In this document: piece after piece, positions 35,682 to 44,635 of the stretch
Layout of the letters: each line of letters opens with the position of its first letter
Numbering within the stretch: the stretch's first letter is position 1
Assembly (NCBI GenBank): GCA_902798745.1
Contig: CADBXM010000007.1
Span: 11,317-75,316, forward strand
Origin: an uncultured Eubacteriales bacterium
GTDB taxonomy: Bacteria > Bacillota > Clostridia > Peptostreptococcales > Anaerovoracaceae
Direction of reading: 5' to 3'
Length of the DNA: 64,000 nt
Translations under genes and position numbers: made by a program
The notes under the pieces: generated by a model
Told to the model about the DNA's origin: nothing
Seen by the model: only the letters and a program-made list of their open reading frames with translations
Database searches by the model: none

Positions 35682-36931
35682 GCATCACACAGATATTCAG
35701 AAAAACGATTTTTGACATAGCCAAGAAGAACAAAGCGTTCCGCATTGCTTTCAGGAAGAGCAGGGATGCCGCTTACAGTGTCAAAATGATACTGGACGAT
35801 CCTTTCGGGAAGATAGACGACAAGCTGGTCTACTTCCAGACTTTCTCGGGACGCGGCTACAGCGATTCGCCTAAGGCTATGTATGAATACATGCTGAGCG
35901 CGCCGGAATATAAGGATTACCGCTTCGTGTGGAGTTTCAAGGAACCCGAAAAATTCAGCTTTCTGCTTCAGAACGGCCGGACGGAAATCGTAAAGTTCCG
36001 CACACGCGCGGATAACATAGCTCTTCGCACGGCAAAGTACTGGATCACAAACTACCGCATGCTTGACCACCAGCTGCCGCGAAAGGGACAGATATACCTT
36101 CAGTGCTGGCATGGGACTCCGCTCAAGAGGCTCGGATACGATATCAAAGAGGGCGACAATGTAATGAACTCGCTGTCTGAGGTGAGAGAAAAATACAGGA
36201 GCGACGCAAAGCGTTTCGCCTATCTTCTTTCGCCTTCGCCGTTCGCGACCGAAAAATTTGCCACGGCATGGAACCTGATCGAGACGGGTCAGACGCACAA
36301 GATAATAGAGGAAGGCTATCCGCGCAATGACAGGCTCATCAACACTACTGAAGAAGAGCGCAGGGAGATAAGGAAGCAGCTGGGCGTAGACGATAAAAAA
36401 GTCATACTTTATGCTCCGACCTGGCGCGACAACCAGCACACGAGCGGGCAGGGCTACACCTACAAAACTGAGGTGGATTTTGACAAACTTCAGAAGGAGC
36501 TCGGTGGGGAATACGTGATACTGTTCCGCGCTCACTACCTTGTAGCCAACAGCTTTGACTTCAGCAAATACCCGGGCTTCGTTATCGACATGAGTTCTTA
36601 TGGCGACATAAACGAGCTCTACATAGCATCCGACCTGCTTGTGACCGATTACTCGAGCACATTCTTTGACTACGCGAATCTTAAAAAACCGGTCATCTTC
36701 TACATGTATGACCTTGAAGAATATGCCGGAGAGCTGCGAGGATTCTATCTTTCGCTAGACGAGCTCCCGGGACCGATCGTCAGAGACGAACAGAGCCTGA
36801 TAGATGAGGTGAGAGCGTGCTATGGCAGGCAGCCTGATGAGAAATACGAAGCATTCAGCAAGAGATTCAATCCGCTGGATGATGGCCACGCTTCGGAGCG
36901 TGTCCTGAAGAGGATAATGGAAAATGCTTGA
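35678..36931 (+). CDS. CDP-glycerol/ribitol polyol-phosphate transferase (TagF/TarF family)
   Basis: ...VYFQTFSGRGYSDSPKAMYEYM...LQCWHGTPLKRLGYD...ILYAPTWRDN...LLVTDYSSTFFDYANLKKPVIFYMYDLEEY...GFYL...LPGPIV. Confidence 0.8.
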   Translation: MSITQIFRKTIFDIAKKNKAFRIAFRKSRDAAYSVKMILDDPFGKIDDKLVYFQTFSGRGYSDSPKAMYEYMLSAPEYKDYRFVWSFKEPEKFSFLLQNGRTEIVKFRTRADNIALRTAKYWITNYRMLDHQLPRKGQIYLQCWHGTPLKRLGYDIKEGDNVMNSLSEVREKYRSDAKRFAYLLSPSPFATEKFATAWNLIETGQTHKIIEEGYPRNDRLINTTEEERREIRKQLGVDDKKVILYAPTWRDNQHTSGQGYTYKTEVDFDKLQKELGGEYVILFRAHYLVANSFDFSKYPGFVIDMSSYGDINELYIASDLLVTDYSSTFFDYANLKKPVIFYMYDLEEYAGELRGFYLSLDELPGPIVRDEQSLIDEVRACYGRQPDEKYEAFSKRFNPLDDGHASERVLKRIMENA

Positions 36932-38252
36932 CGCGATATCGAGACTTCTTGAAAGAACAAGAAATATCTCGCGAAGCGCTTACATCTGGAATACTGTGAG
37001 CGCGATGATGCTCGCGCTGCAGGGACCGGTGATCCAGGCGGTGGTGAGCAGGACAAACGGAGCTACCGACTTCGGTATCATTTCGATTGCCTTTTCCGCC
37101 GCGACCCTCATTATGTATGTGGGCCAGTACGGACTAAGAAGATTTCAGGCTTCGGACGTAAAAGAGCAATTCAGCTTTGAAGAGTATCACGGCATGCGTG
37201 TCGTGACATGCTTGCTGATGATAGTTGCCAGCTTCGTATTCTGCGCTTACGGCATGGCCTTCAAAGGCTATTCTTCTTTCAAGTTTGCAGTCGTGTTTAC
37301 GATATGCATTCTGAAGATGATAACCGCGTATTCCGATGTGTATCACGGAAACATGCAGCAGAAGGGCCGTTTCGACGTAGCGTCAAAGTCAACGGCGATA
37401 CGTTATACAGCTGAGATAATCATATTTTGCGTTATAGTTGCGATCACGCGCGACTTGCTGATATCCGCGCTGGTAACCGTTGTGAGCTCAGCGGTCATGA
37501 TGGCATTGCTGTCTATGAACGCGGGCAGCCACTACTGCAAATCGCTTAAACCGGTCTTCAAAAAGTCTGCTATAAGGGGACTGTTTATCGAAGGCTTCCC
37601 GCTGTTTGTGGGGATGTTCCTTAACACCTACGTGAGCAATGCGCCGAGATACGCGATAGATACATATCTGACCGATGATGTGCAGGCGGTGTTCTCTTCG
37701 ATATTCATGCCTGTGTTCGTCGTACAGGTCGCGTCCCAGTTCATCTTTTACCCGCTGATCACATCGTACGCGCACATGTGGAGCAAAGAAACGCTGGACA
37801 CATACAACGCGTTTGTCAAAAGGATATACAAGATGAGCGGGCTCGTTATCGGACTTGCTGTTCTGGGCCTTGTTGTCGCGGCTACTATAGGCATACCGGT
37901 GCTTTCCCTTATCTTCAAGCTGGATCTTACACCGTATAAAAAAGAGCTGATGATAATAATGCTGGGCGGAGGGCCGCTGGCATTCTCTGTCTACTTCAGC
38001 ACTATAATAGCGATAATACGCGCGCAGAAAAGCCTGATAGTCTGTTATGGAGTGACATCCGTGATGGCTTTGGCGCTGTCGGGCGTGTTCGTGAAGGGGC
38101 ACGGGATAACAGGAGCGTCCTGGATGTACGCATTGCTCATGACAGTACTGGCGCTGTCTCTTTTCGTAGCAATGCTGATCAGAATGAAGAAACAGAGACG
38201 GGATCTGACAAAAACAGAAGCTGGCTATGAGGCCGGTGATTTGGTACAATAG
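36924..38252 (+). CDS. Polysaccharide/teichoic-acid flippase-like polytopic membrane protein (MOP/Wzx-type)
   Basis: A 442-aa protein with about 12 or more hydrophobic segments, overlapping the preceding tagF-like gene by 8 nt. The assignment rests on topology and context rather than on a diagnostic motif. Confidence 0.5.
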   Translation: MLDAISRLLERTRNISRSAYIWNTVSAMMLALQGPVIQAVVSRTNGATDFGIISIAFSAATLIMYVGQYGLRRFQASDVKEQFSFEEYHGMRVVTCLLMIVASFVFCAYGMAFKGYSSFKFAVVFTICILKMITAYSDVYHGNMQQKGRFDVASKSTAIRYTAEIIIFCVIVAITRDLLISALVTVVSSAVMMALLSMNAGSHYCKSLKPVFKKSAIRGLFIEGFPLFVGMFLNTYVSNAPRYAIDTYLTDDVQAVFSSIFMPVFVVQVASQFIFYPLITSYAHMWSKETLDTYNAFVKRIYKMSGLVIGLAVLGLVVAATIGIPVLSLIFKLDLTPYKKELMIIMLGGGPLAFSVYFSTIIAIIRAQKSLIVCYGVTSVMALALSGVFVKGHGITGASWMYALLMTVLALSLFVAMLIRMKKQRRDLTKTEAGYEAGDLVQ

Positions 38253-38287
38253 CAAATGGATAAATTTATTATCGGAGGAAAACAGCT

Positions 38288-38734
38288 ATGAAAACAAACA
38301 AGCTTTTAATTACAACACTTTTGATCGTCGCATTGCTCGGCTTTTCGGTATTTCTGACAGCCTGCCTCAATGAAGATGAGGAAGAGGGCGGAGAATTCGT
38401 TCCTGATACAGCCGGCGGAGCTATGATAATGGTCGTGGCGCTTCCTTCCGATTCAGACAATGGCTCTGAATGGGAGTTTGAGCAGGACGGCGATCTGTTC
38501 ACTTGTGAAGAAGCCTTTATGGACAATGGTGGTTCAGAGAGCCAGTCGTTCCAGCTGGTACCGGAAACGGCGGGAAAGACCAAAGTCAGCTTCACAAATA
38601 AGGCTGAGGATACTACCTACACATATGAATGTGAGATCAGCGAAGATCTCGAAAACATCGAAATAGTTAAGTCTGAAGGCGTAAAGGCCGGCGAGACCGT
38701 AGAAGCGCCTGAGCCTGTACTCGAAAGAGATTAA
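38288..38734 (+). CDS. Lipoprotein with a chagasin-like (I42) cysteine-peptidase-inhibitor-like domain
   Basis: Lipobox LLGFSVFLTAC. LPSDSDNGSEWEF parallels the chagasin LPSNPTTGFAWYF loop, and NGGSESQSFQLVPETAGKTKVSF parallels GAGGTEHFHVTVKAAGTHAVNL. The third (RPW) loop is not evident. Confidence 0.4.
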   Translation: MKTNKLLITTLLIVALLGFSVFLTACLNEDEEEGGEFVPDTAGGAMIMVVALPSDSDNGSEWEFEQDGDLFTCEEAFMDNGGSESQSFQLVPETAGKTKVSFTNKAEDTTYTYECEISEDLENIEIVKSEGVKAGETVEAPEPVLERD

Positions 38735-38851
38735 CAGACTTTAAGGGAATGACCCGCAGTCATTAATAACTTGTAAGAAAGCGACCCTCTTATGCGTTTT
38801 GGTGATACAATCCATCATGTATCTATATGGAGACGTATAAGGGGGCTTATT

Positions 38852-40186
38852 ATGTCTAAAAGGGGAAAAAGGTTAGTCAGCGTTTTAGTGACATTGGTCA
38901 TGATGATTTCCGCAGTCAACCTTCAGGCTGTGGGAGCTTTTGCCACGTCAAGTGTGACACTGAAGGGCTCAAATGTGCCTAAATCGATCACCAAAGGAAC
39001 CAATTTAAAGGTCAAAGGCACGATTGTTTCAAATGAAAAAATCAATCGTGTGGAAATAGGCATCGTAAAGGCATCGGATCTCAATAAATGGACTAAGTAC
39101 AAATACGACAACGCGAAAGTAAAGTCCAAGAAGTTCAAAGTAAAGAAGGCGGCCAAGAAGCTCAAATTCAACAAGCTTAAGACCGGAACATATTACTATA
39201 GGATCTACGCCCATACCGATAGCGGGGTATCGATCGTTCAGAACAAGAAGTTCAAAGTAAAGAAAGCGCCTGTCAAAAAGACAGTGGTCGCCTCAACTTC
39301 CTCAGATAATGTCGTGGTCGATATGCTTAATGCGATCACAGGGGAAAAAGTCGACAAAGTCAAATTGTCGTCATACAACTGCCCGACAAAACTCAGCTCG
39401 AAGGCTAATTATTCCGTAAAAGGAAAGATCACGTGCAGCAGCACGATCAATCGCGTTGAGATAGGGATCGTGGTGACAGCCACAAACAAATGGACGGCGT
39501 ACAAATATGATAATAGATATGTGAACGCGACATCGTTCGACATAAGCAACGCTGCTCCTGCGCTGGCATTCAACAGACTGCCGGGAGGCAATTTCACATA
39601 TCGGATCTACGTACACACAGACAACGGCACTGCACTCTTGCTGGACAGACCGTTTGAAGTTGCTGCTAACAGCGGTCCTAGGAAGGCTATCAAATGGGCG
39701 ACTGACCTGGCGGCAGATGATCATTTCACCTACGGTAAAGGCTATGGCAGGCATTCACAGTGCTGCATCTGCGCAGGCAAAACAAAAAAGAAATCACATG
39801 CCCAGTTTACATGCATGCCTTTCCTTGCGGCAGCTTATGCCCATGGTACAGGAAAACTCGACTCGCTTGATAAAGGACAAGCCGGTTACCACTTTATGCA
39901 TCTTAATGATAAGAACTTCAAAGGTGAGCTGGGAGAATCATGGTTCAAGATCGGACTGTGCAGAGACCTTTCGATCGAGGATCTTCAGCCGGGAGACGTA
40001 ATAATCAAGTGGTCTGACAACGACTCTACCGGTCATGCCTGGATGTATGGCGGCGGAGATAAGATAATCGAAGCGGTACCTTCAGACATACACGTGCTTG
40101 AAACAGGCGCTGCGGCAAAACTGAGAAGATACGGTACCGTTGAAGGAAAGCCTAAACAGAATTACGTAATGAGATACAGAGGCTGA
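38852..40186 (+). CDS. Secreted protein with two Ig-like repeats and a C-terminal NlpC/P60-like (papain-fold) domain
   Basis: AAGGGGG ribosome-binding site. Signal peptide MSKRGKRLVSVLVTLVMMISAVNLQAVGAFA. A duplicated module is visible (...KGTIVSNEKINRVEIGIVKA...YYYRIYAHTD / ...KGKITCSSTINRVEIGIVVT...FTYRIYVHTD). The C-terminus reads KWATDLAADDHFTYGKG...CCICAG...FTCMPFLAAAYAHG...GDVIIKW...GHAWMYGGGDKIIEAVP. Confidence 0.6.
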   Translation: MSKRGKRLVSVLVTLVMMISAVNLQAVGAFATSSVTLKGSNVPKSITKGTNLKVKGTIVSNEKINRVEIGIVKASDLNKWTKYKYDNAKVKSKKFKVKKAAKKLKFNKLKTGTYYYRIYAHTDSGVSIVQNKKFKVKKAPVKKTVVASTSSDNVVVDMLNAITGEKVDKVKLSSYNCPTKLSSKANYSVKGKITCSSTINRVEIGIVVTATNKWTAYKYDNRYVNATSFDISNAAPALAFNRLPGGNFTYRIYVHTDNGTALLLDRPFEVAANSGPRKAIKWATDLAADDHFTYGKGYGRHSQCCICAGKTKKKSHAQFTCMPFLAAAYAHGTGKLDSLDKGQAGYHFMHLNDKNFKGELGESWFKIGLCRDLSIEDLQPGDVIIKWSDNDSTGHAWMYGGGDKIIEAVPSDIHVLETGAAAKLRRYGTVEGKPKQNYVMRYRG

Positions 40187-40201
40187 GAATAGTTTTAGAC
40201 T

Positions 40202-40981
40202 CTATGTATGAGCGGCGCTGCCTGTGTGGATACTGTCAGCGCATGCTTTGAAGATCTTTTCCGCTTTATCGAAGTAGTCAGGATCATAACAATTAAGCTC
40301 AAATACAAACTGCTCAATATCACTATCTGTTTCGACAGCGAAATAGTATGTATATGAGCAGTTTCCATTTTTTGAATTCTCTTCGGAATTATCTTGGGAC
40401 TTGTCTTCTGCTGTGCCTGCGGACTGATCTTCAGTCTTGTCTTTAGCATTATCGTCGGATTTGTCTTCTGACGGCTCAACATTGCCGGTCTGTATCAGGA
40501 AGCCTTTGGTATCAGGAGTCTTATAAGGCTTTTGGTTGCTGTCCCCCTTAGATGCCTTTTCCCATTCGTCATACCACATGTCAAGAGTGTACTTCTTCCC
40601 GCTTTTTTCTTTTGGAGTGACTTTGTCTCTGTATAACAGGACTTCGTACCGGGTCTGTTCATTGTCATCGGTGTAATAGGCTGACGCTGATGAAGGGATC
40701 GATGGATATTCCGTGTCCTTCTTTGCCCAGTCATAACCGATCACATAAGTCGCGTCTTCATCAGGAACGATGACTCTGACGTTGTCATAAATCAACAAAC
40801 CATCGTCAGCTGTGATCTCGGGGATGTCTTTAGTATCAGCATATTTTTCGACATTTCCGGCGCTTAGTGAAGAACGCAAAAAATAGAGGAGAATTATGAG
40901 AACAACTATAAGCTCCACACCGATCATCATGATCAGAGCTTTGTTTCTTTTTGATTGTGCGGAAAACCATCTGCTAAACAT
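40202..40981 (-). CDS. N-terminally membrane-anchored protein of unknown function with an acidic low-complexity linker
   Basis: One transmembrane helix (ALIMMIGVELIVVLIILLYFL) followed by an extracytoplasmic domain. A D/E/S/K-rich stretch is present (EPSEDKSDDNAKDKTEDQSAGTAEDKSQDNSEENSK). I recognised no known family. Confidence 0.5.
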   Translation of the reverse strand: MFSRWFSAQSKRNKALIMMIGVELIVVLIILLYFLRSSLSAGNVEKYADTKDIPEITADDGLLIYDNVRVIVPDEDATYVIGYDWAKKDTEYPSIPSSASAYYTDDNEQTRYEVLLYRDKVTPKEKSGKKYTLDMWYDEWEKASKGDSNQKPYKTPDTKGFLIQTGNVEPSEDKSDDNAKDKTEDQSAGTAEDKSQDNSEENSKNGNCSYTYYFAVETDSDIEQFVFELNCYDPDYFDKAEKIFKACADSIHTGSAAHT

Positions 40982-41125
40982 TTTTTGAGCTATTCAACCT
41001 CTTTTGAAACGCCGTCAAAACTTACTGCAGAATGATAACACCATACCCATTACATCGTCAAATGATATTGATTTGGACTATGAATGATGATAATATTTCT
41101 ACGTCTGCACTTGGAGGATAAACGT

Positions 41126-42604
41126 TTGTTAAGAAAACTGCATTTTCTCACTTTTTTAATAACATGCATTCTCGCTTTCACGGTCATTTCAGTCGCTGAG
41201 TCTGAGGTGCGTTTTCACATCTATAACCCGACGACCGTAACGACCAACGTTGATGCTACATATATACAAGGCGATATCAGCAGGGCAAAAGGACAGATCA
41301 TCAAAGTGAATGGTCCTGAAGGGCTCGTAGCGGAAAAGACACTACCTGATACAGGAAAGAAGTACTCATTCAGGATTAAAGTACCGAAAGAATCGATCAA
41401 GACCGACAAAATCAATTCTTATTCTGTTACAGCCACTACTGCTGAAGGCAAGCAGATCAGAACTACTTACGTAGTGGTCAAGTACAAGCCGAGAAAAGAC
41501 CAGAGCATCGATGTAAAGAAGAAGGAATTCGAAGTTGAGTGCCCGGGAGAGCCGGTCGCCATCAATGCTTCTTCAAGTGCGGGCCTTGATCTTGACTATC
41601 AATCAAGCAATGAGGATATAGTAAAGGTTGATGACGAAGGTAACATCGAGGCGGTAGGCGAAGGTACTGCGGAGATCTCCGTCATCCAGTCCAACGACAA
41701 CGAATATGAAGATGCTTCCGAGACCATAAAGGTATCCGTCAAAGAGGTCCCGCATTTCACAGTGCGTTTCCACCTGGGCAAGAACGCGGAGCTCAGCGAG
41801 GAAGAAGGCGGCAAAGAAGAAACTGAAGAAGACGCTTACATCGAAGCGGTACTTGACGTCGAAGAGAACGCCGAAGAGCCCGAAGAAGAGGGAAGCGATG
41901 AAGATCTGATAGTAGAGCAGAAGATCGCGGTCAATCAGAAGACCAAGCTCCTCGCTGCAAACGACAGCAAAGGCGACTATGAATTCATCGGCTGGGCTGA
42001 GTCGGAAACCGGACAGCCTCAATATGATAACTCTGAAACAGTAATTGACATTGCGGATGAAGATCAGACTATCGATCTCTACGCGGTATGGCACGGTGAG
42101 AGAGCGCAGAAGGCTGTCGACTGGGCGATAGAGCTCGCGGCCGATGACAGATTCGGATACGGGCGCGGCTCATCCGAATGCTGCATTTGCCATAATCTTG
42201 TGAAGAAATACACCTGTATGCCGTTTATCGCTGCGTCTTACGCGCATGGTATTGGAGATCTCAGTCTTTTGAGCAAAGGCAGAAGCGGATGGCATTACAT
42301 ACACCTGAGCGACAGAAACTTTACCGACGGCAAACTCAACGGAGTCTGGGAAAAGATCGGTCTTTGCAGAGATCTGACGATAGACGACCTTGAGCCGGGC
42401 GATGTAATCATCAAGTACTCAGCCGACGACGGGCATGGCCACGCATGGATGTATGCTGGTGAAGATAAGATCGTTGAAGCGGTACCTGCAAAGAATTACG
42501 CGGATCAGATCGCTGTAAAGAACGGCGCCGCGGCCAAGCTGAGAAGATACGGCAGCAGCGAAGGCACACCGAGTAAGAACTACGTGATGCGCTACAGATT
42601 CTAA
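41126..42604 (+). CDS. Secreted protein with a Big_2 domain, an 'F-GW' repeat and a C-terminal NlpC/P60-like domain (paralog of the 38852 C-terminus)
   Basis: A TTG at 41126 sits 8 nt after GGAGG and gives a clean signal peptide (LRKLHFLTFLITCILAFTVISVAES). The ORF-track ATG at 41084 is an alternative start. SSNEDIVKVDDEGNIEAVGEGTAEISV is Big_2-like, and YEFIGWAE...LYAVW is also present. The C-terminus reads DWAIELAADDRFGYGRG..ECCICH...YTCMPFIAASYAHG...GDVIIKY..GHGHAWMYAGEDKIVEAVP. Confidence 0.6.
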   Translation: MLRKLHFLTFLITCILAFTVISVAESEVRFHIYNPTTVTTNVDATYIQGDISRAKGQIIKVNGPEGLVAEKTLPDTGKKYSFRIKVPKESIKTDKINSYSVTATTAEGKQIRTTYVVVKYKPRKDQSIDVKKKEFEVECPGEPVAINASSSAGLDLDYQSSNEDIVKVDDEGNIEAVGEGTAEISVIQSNDNEYEDASETIKVSVKEVPHFTVRFHLGKNAELSEEEGGKEETEEDAYIEAVLDVEENAEEPEEEGSDEDLIVEQKIAVNQKTKLLAANDSKGDYEFIGWAESETGQPQYDNSETVIDIADEDQTIDLYAVWHGERAQKAVDWAIELAADDRFGYGRGSSECCICHNLVKKYTCMPFIAASYAHGIGDLSLLSKGRSGWHYIHLSDRNFTDGKLNGVWEKIGLCRDLTIDDLEPGDVIIKYSADDGHGHAWMYAGEDKIVEAVPAKNYADQIAVKNGAAAKLRRYGSSEGTPSKNYVMRYRF

Positions 42605-42613
42605 TATTTGATC

Positions 42614-42645
42614 AAAAAAAAGATCCGCTTTAGCGGATCTTTTCT
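42614..42645. terminator. Bidirectional rho-independent terminator
   Basis: AAAAAAAAGATCCGCT-TT-AGCGGATCTTTTCT. It overlaps the last codons of the minus-strand GT2 gene. Confidence 0.75.
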
Positions 42646-43577
42646 ACATCTGATCGATTACTTTCGGCCACTATGTAATGTGGTCGTTTTTTAGTCTCCA
42701 TATATGTTTTGGCTAAGTATTGTCCCATGATCCCCAGGACCGCGAGCTGGACCCCGCCGATGAACACCACTATGCAGACCAGTGATGCCCAGCCTGCGAC
42801 CGGATCTCCGAAAGCGAGCCGCCTTATTATTATGAACAGGAGAGCAATGAACGAGAGCCCGGTCATGATCACGCCTATGATCGATGCTATGTTGAGCGGC
42901 GCGAGCGTAAAGCTGATTATGCCGTCGATAGCGTATTTGAACAGGCCCCAGAAACTCCACTTTGTCTCGCCGGCAACGCGCTCAACGTTCTCAAACGGCA
43001 TCCAGTAAGTCTTGAAGCCTACCCAGCCGTATATTCCTTTTGAGAATCTGTTGTACTCTCCCATAGCGAGTATGGCGTCTACCATCTCGCGCTTCATGAG
43101 CCTGAAGTCGCGGGCGCCGTCTACGATGTCCGCGTCGGAATGCCTGTTTATCAGTTTGTAGAACTTGCGGGCAAACCAGCTTCTTACCGGCGGCTCACCC
43201 TTTCTGTCGACTCGTCTTGTCGCCACGCTGTCGTACTCACCGGTCTCCAGGATCGAAAGCATCTCAGGAAGCAGTGAAGGCGGATCTTGAAGGTCGGCGT
43301 CAAGGACTGCCACATAGTCACCGCGGGCATTGCAGAAGCCTGCGTACATGGCTGACTCCTTGCCGAAGTTACGCGCGAATGACAGATAGACAACGCGAGG
43401 GTCCTTCTCGGCGAGTTCTTTCAGCACATCAAGTGTGCCGTCGCTGCTGCCGTCGTTAACGAACAGCATCTCGCAATCTACATCCATCCCGGACAGGACG
43501 CGGTCAGCTTCTTCATAGAACAGCGGCAAAGCCTTTTCTTCGTTATAACAAGGTATGATGAGAGAGATCAAACTCAT
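42630..43577 (-). CDS. GtrB/CsbB-like GT2 (polyprenyl-phosphate sugar synthase type) with two C-terminal transmembrane helices
   Basis: AAGGAG ribosome-binding site 6 nt upstream of the ATG. MSLISLIIPCYNEEKALPLFYEE...FVNDGSSDGT...DADLQDPP. C-terminal transmembrane helices IASIIGVIMTGLSFIALLFIII and LVCIVVFIGGVQLAVLGIMGQY. Confidence 0.75.
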   Translation of the reverse strand: MSLISLIIPCYNEEKALPLFYEEADRVLSGMDVDCEMLFVNDGSSDGTLDVLKELAEKDPRVVYLSFARNFGKESAMYAGFCNARGDYVAVLDADLQDPPSLLPEMLSILETGEYDSVATRRVDRKGEPPVRSWFARKFYKLINRHSDADIVDGARDFRLMKREMVDAILAMGEYNRFSKGIYGWVGFKTYWMPFENVERVAGETKWSFWGLFKYAIDGIISFTLAPLNIASIIGVIMTGLSFIALLFIIIRRLAFGDPVAGWASLVCIVVFIGGVQLAVLGIMGQYLAKTYMETKKRPHYIVAESNRSDVEKIR

Positions 43578-43591
43578 TTCATGCTCCTTAA

Positions 43592-44551
43592 TCAACTATT
43601 ACCACCACCCGGATCCTTGTCCGGCGGCGCTTTGGAATAAACCGATTTGACTACATATTGCGGGGCGCTGCCCATAGTCAGGAACATTCGTCCCACGTAT
43701 TCCCCGATCAGTCCCAGGAACAGAAGTATCACTCCCGAGAAGAACAGGATGGCTACCATTGTGGACGCGTAACCAAGCTGCATGTTCGGATGCATTATCT
43801 TTTCGATAAGCACCCACAGAGCCGCGATAAGCCCGCAGGCAGACAGTATGAATCCCAGATGGCGCGCGATGCGCAGAGGGACCACGCTGAAGCCGACGAT
43901 GTTCGACCACAGATGGAGAAGTTTCTTGAATGTATAATTGGACGTCCCATACACTCTCTCGTGATGTTCGATAGGAACGCAGGAGATGTTCTGCGTAGTC
44001 CTTAAAAACAATCCCTGCATATATGCGTACGGGCTCTTGTACTGAATGACATAATCCCTGACGAATTTGCGGATGACCCAGAAGCTGGAAGTCTTCATGT
44101 CGCGAGGCTTTCCGATGAGCAGGCAGACGGATTCGTGATTGACCCAGCTGCCGAAGTTGCGGAAAGGACTGTGCTTTTTGTCAGGATAAAAACCATAAAC
44201 GACATCGTAACCCTTGTCGATCTCGTCCAGAAGTATGTGAAGCTGAGACGGATGCGTCTGCAAGTCATCATCCATCGATATGATAAAGTCGCCCTGCGCG
44301 TGATTGAGCGCCGCCATGATGGCGTTGTGCTGGCCGGAATTCTGCGCCAGCTCGATCGCGGTCACGAACGGGTAGTCATCAGCGAGGGAGACCAGTTCTC
44401 TGTATGTCGCTCCGTCATCAGGCGAGTGGTCATCGACCAGAACGAATTCAAAAGGCTTTCTCTCAAGCCTTTCAAGTTCTTTTGCCGTCGTTTCGACAAC
44501 TTCCCTGATAGAGCGGGATGAATTGTAGCATGGAATAATGACTGAATACAT
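43592..44551 (-). CDS. Second GtrB/ArnC-like GT2 with two C-terminal transmembrane helices
   Basis: GAGGAG ribosome-binding site. MYSVIIPCYNSSRSIREVVETT...LVDDHSPDDG...MDDDLQTHP. C-terminal transmembrane helices GFILSACGLIAALWVLI and MVAILFFSGVILLFLGLIGEY. Confidence 0.75.
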   Translation of the reverse strand: MYSVIIPCYNSSRSIREVVETTAKELERLERKPFEFVLVDDHSPDDGATYRELVSLADDYPFVTAIELAQNSGQHNAIMAALNHAQGDFIISMDDDLQTHPSQLHILLDEIDKGYDVVYGFYPDKKHSPFRNFGSWVNHESVCLLIGKPRDMKTSSFWVIRKFVRDYVIQYKSPYAYMQGLFLRTTQNISCVPIEHHERVYGTSNYTFKKLLHLWSNIVGFSVVPLRIARHLGFILSACGLIAALWVLIEKIMHPNMQLGYASTMVAILFFSGVILLFLGLIGEYVGRMFLTMGSAPQYVVKSVYSKAPPDKDPGGGNS

Positions 44552-44635
44552 CAACAACTCCTCGATTTCTGATAATATAAGTATTATAGCATGAAAGATT
44601 ATAAAAAACGATAAATGAGCAGTGGGAGGAACATC

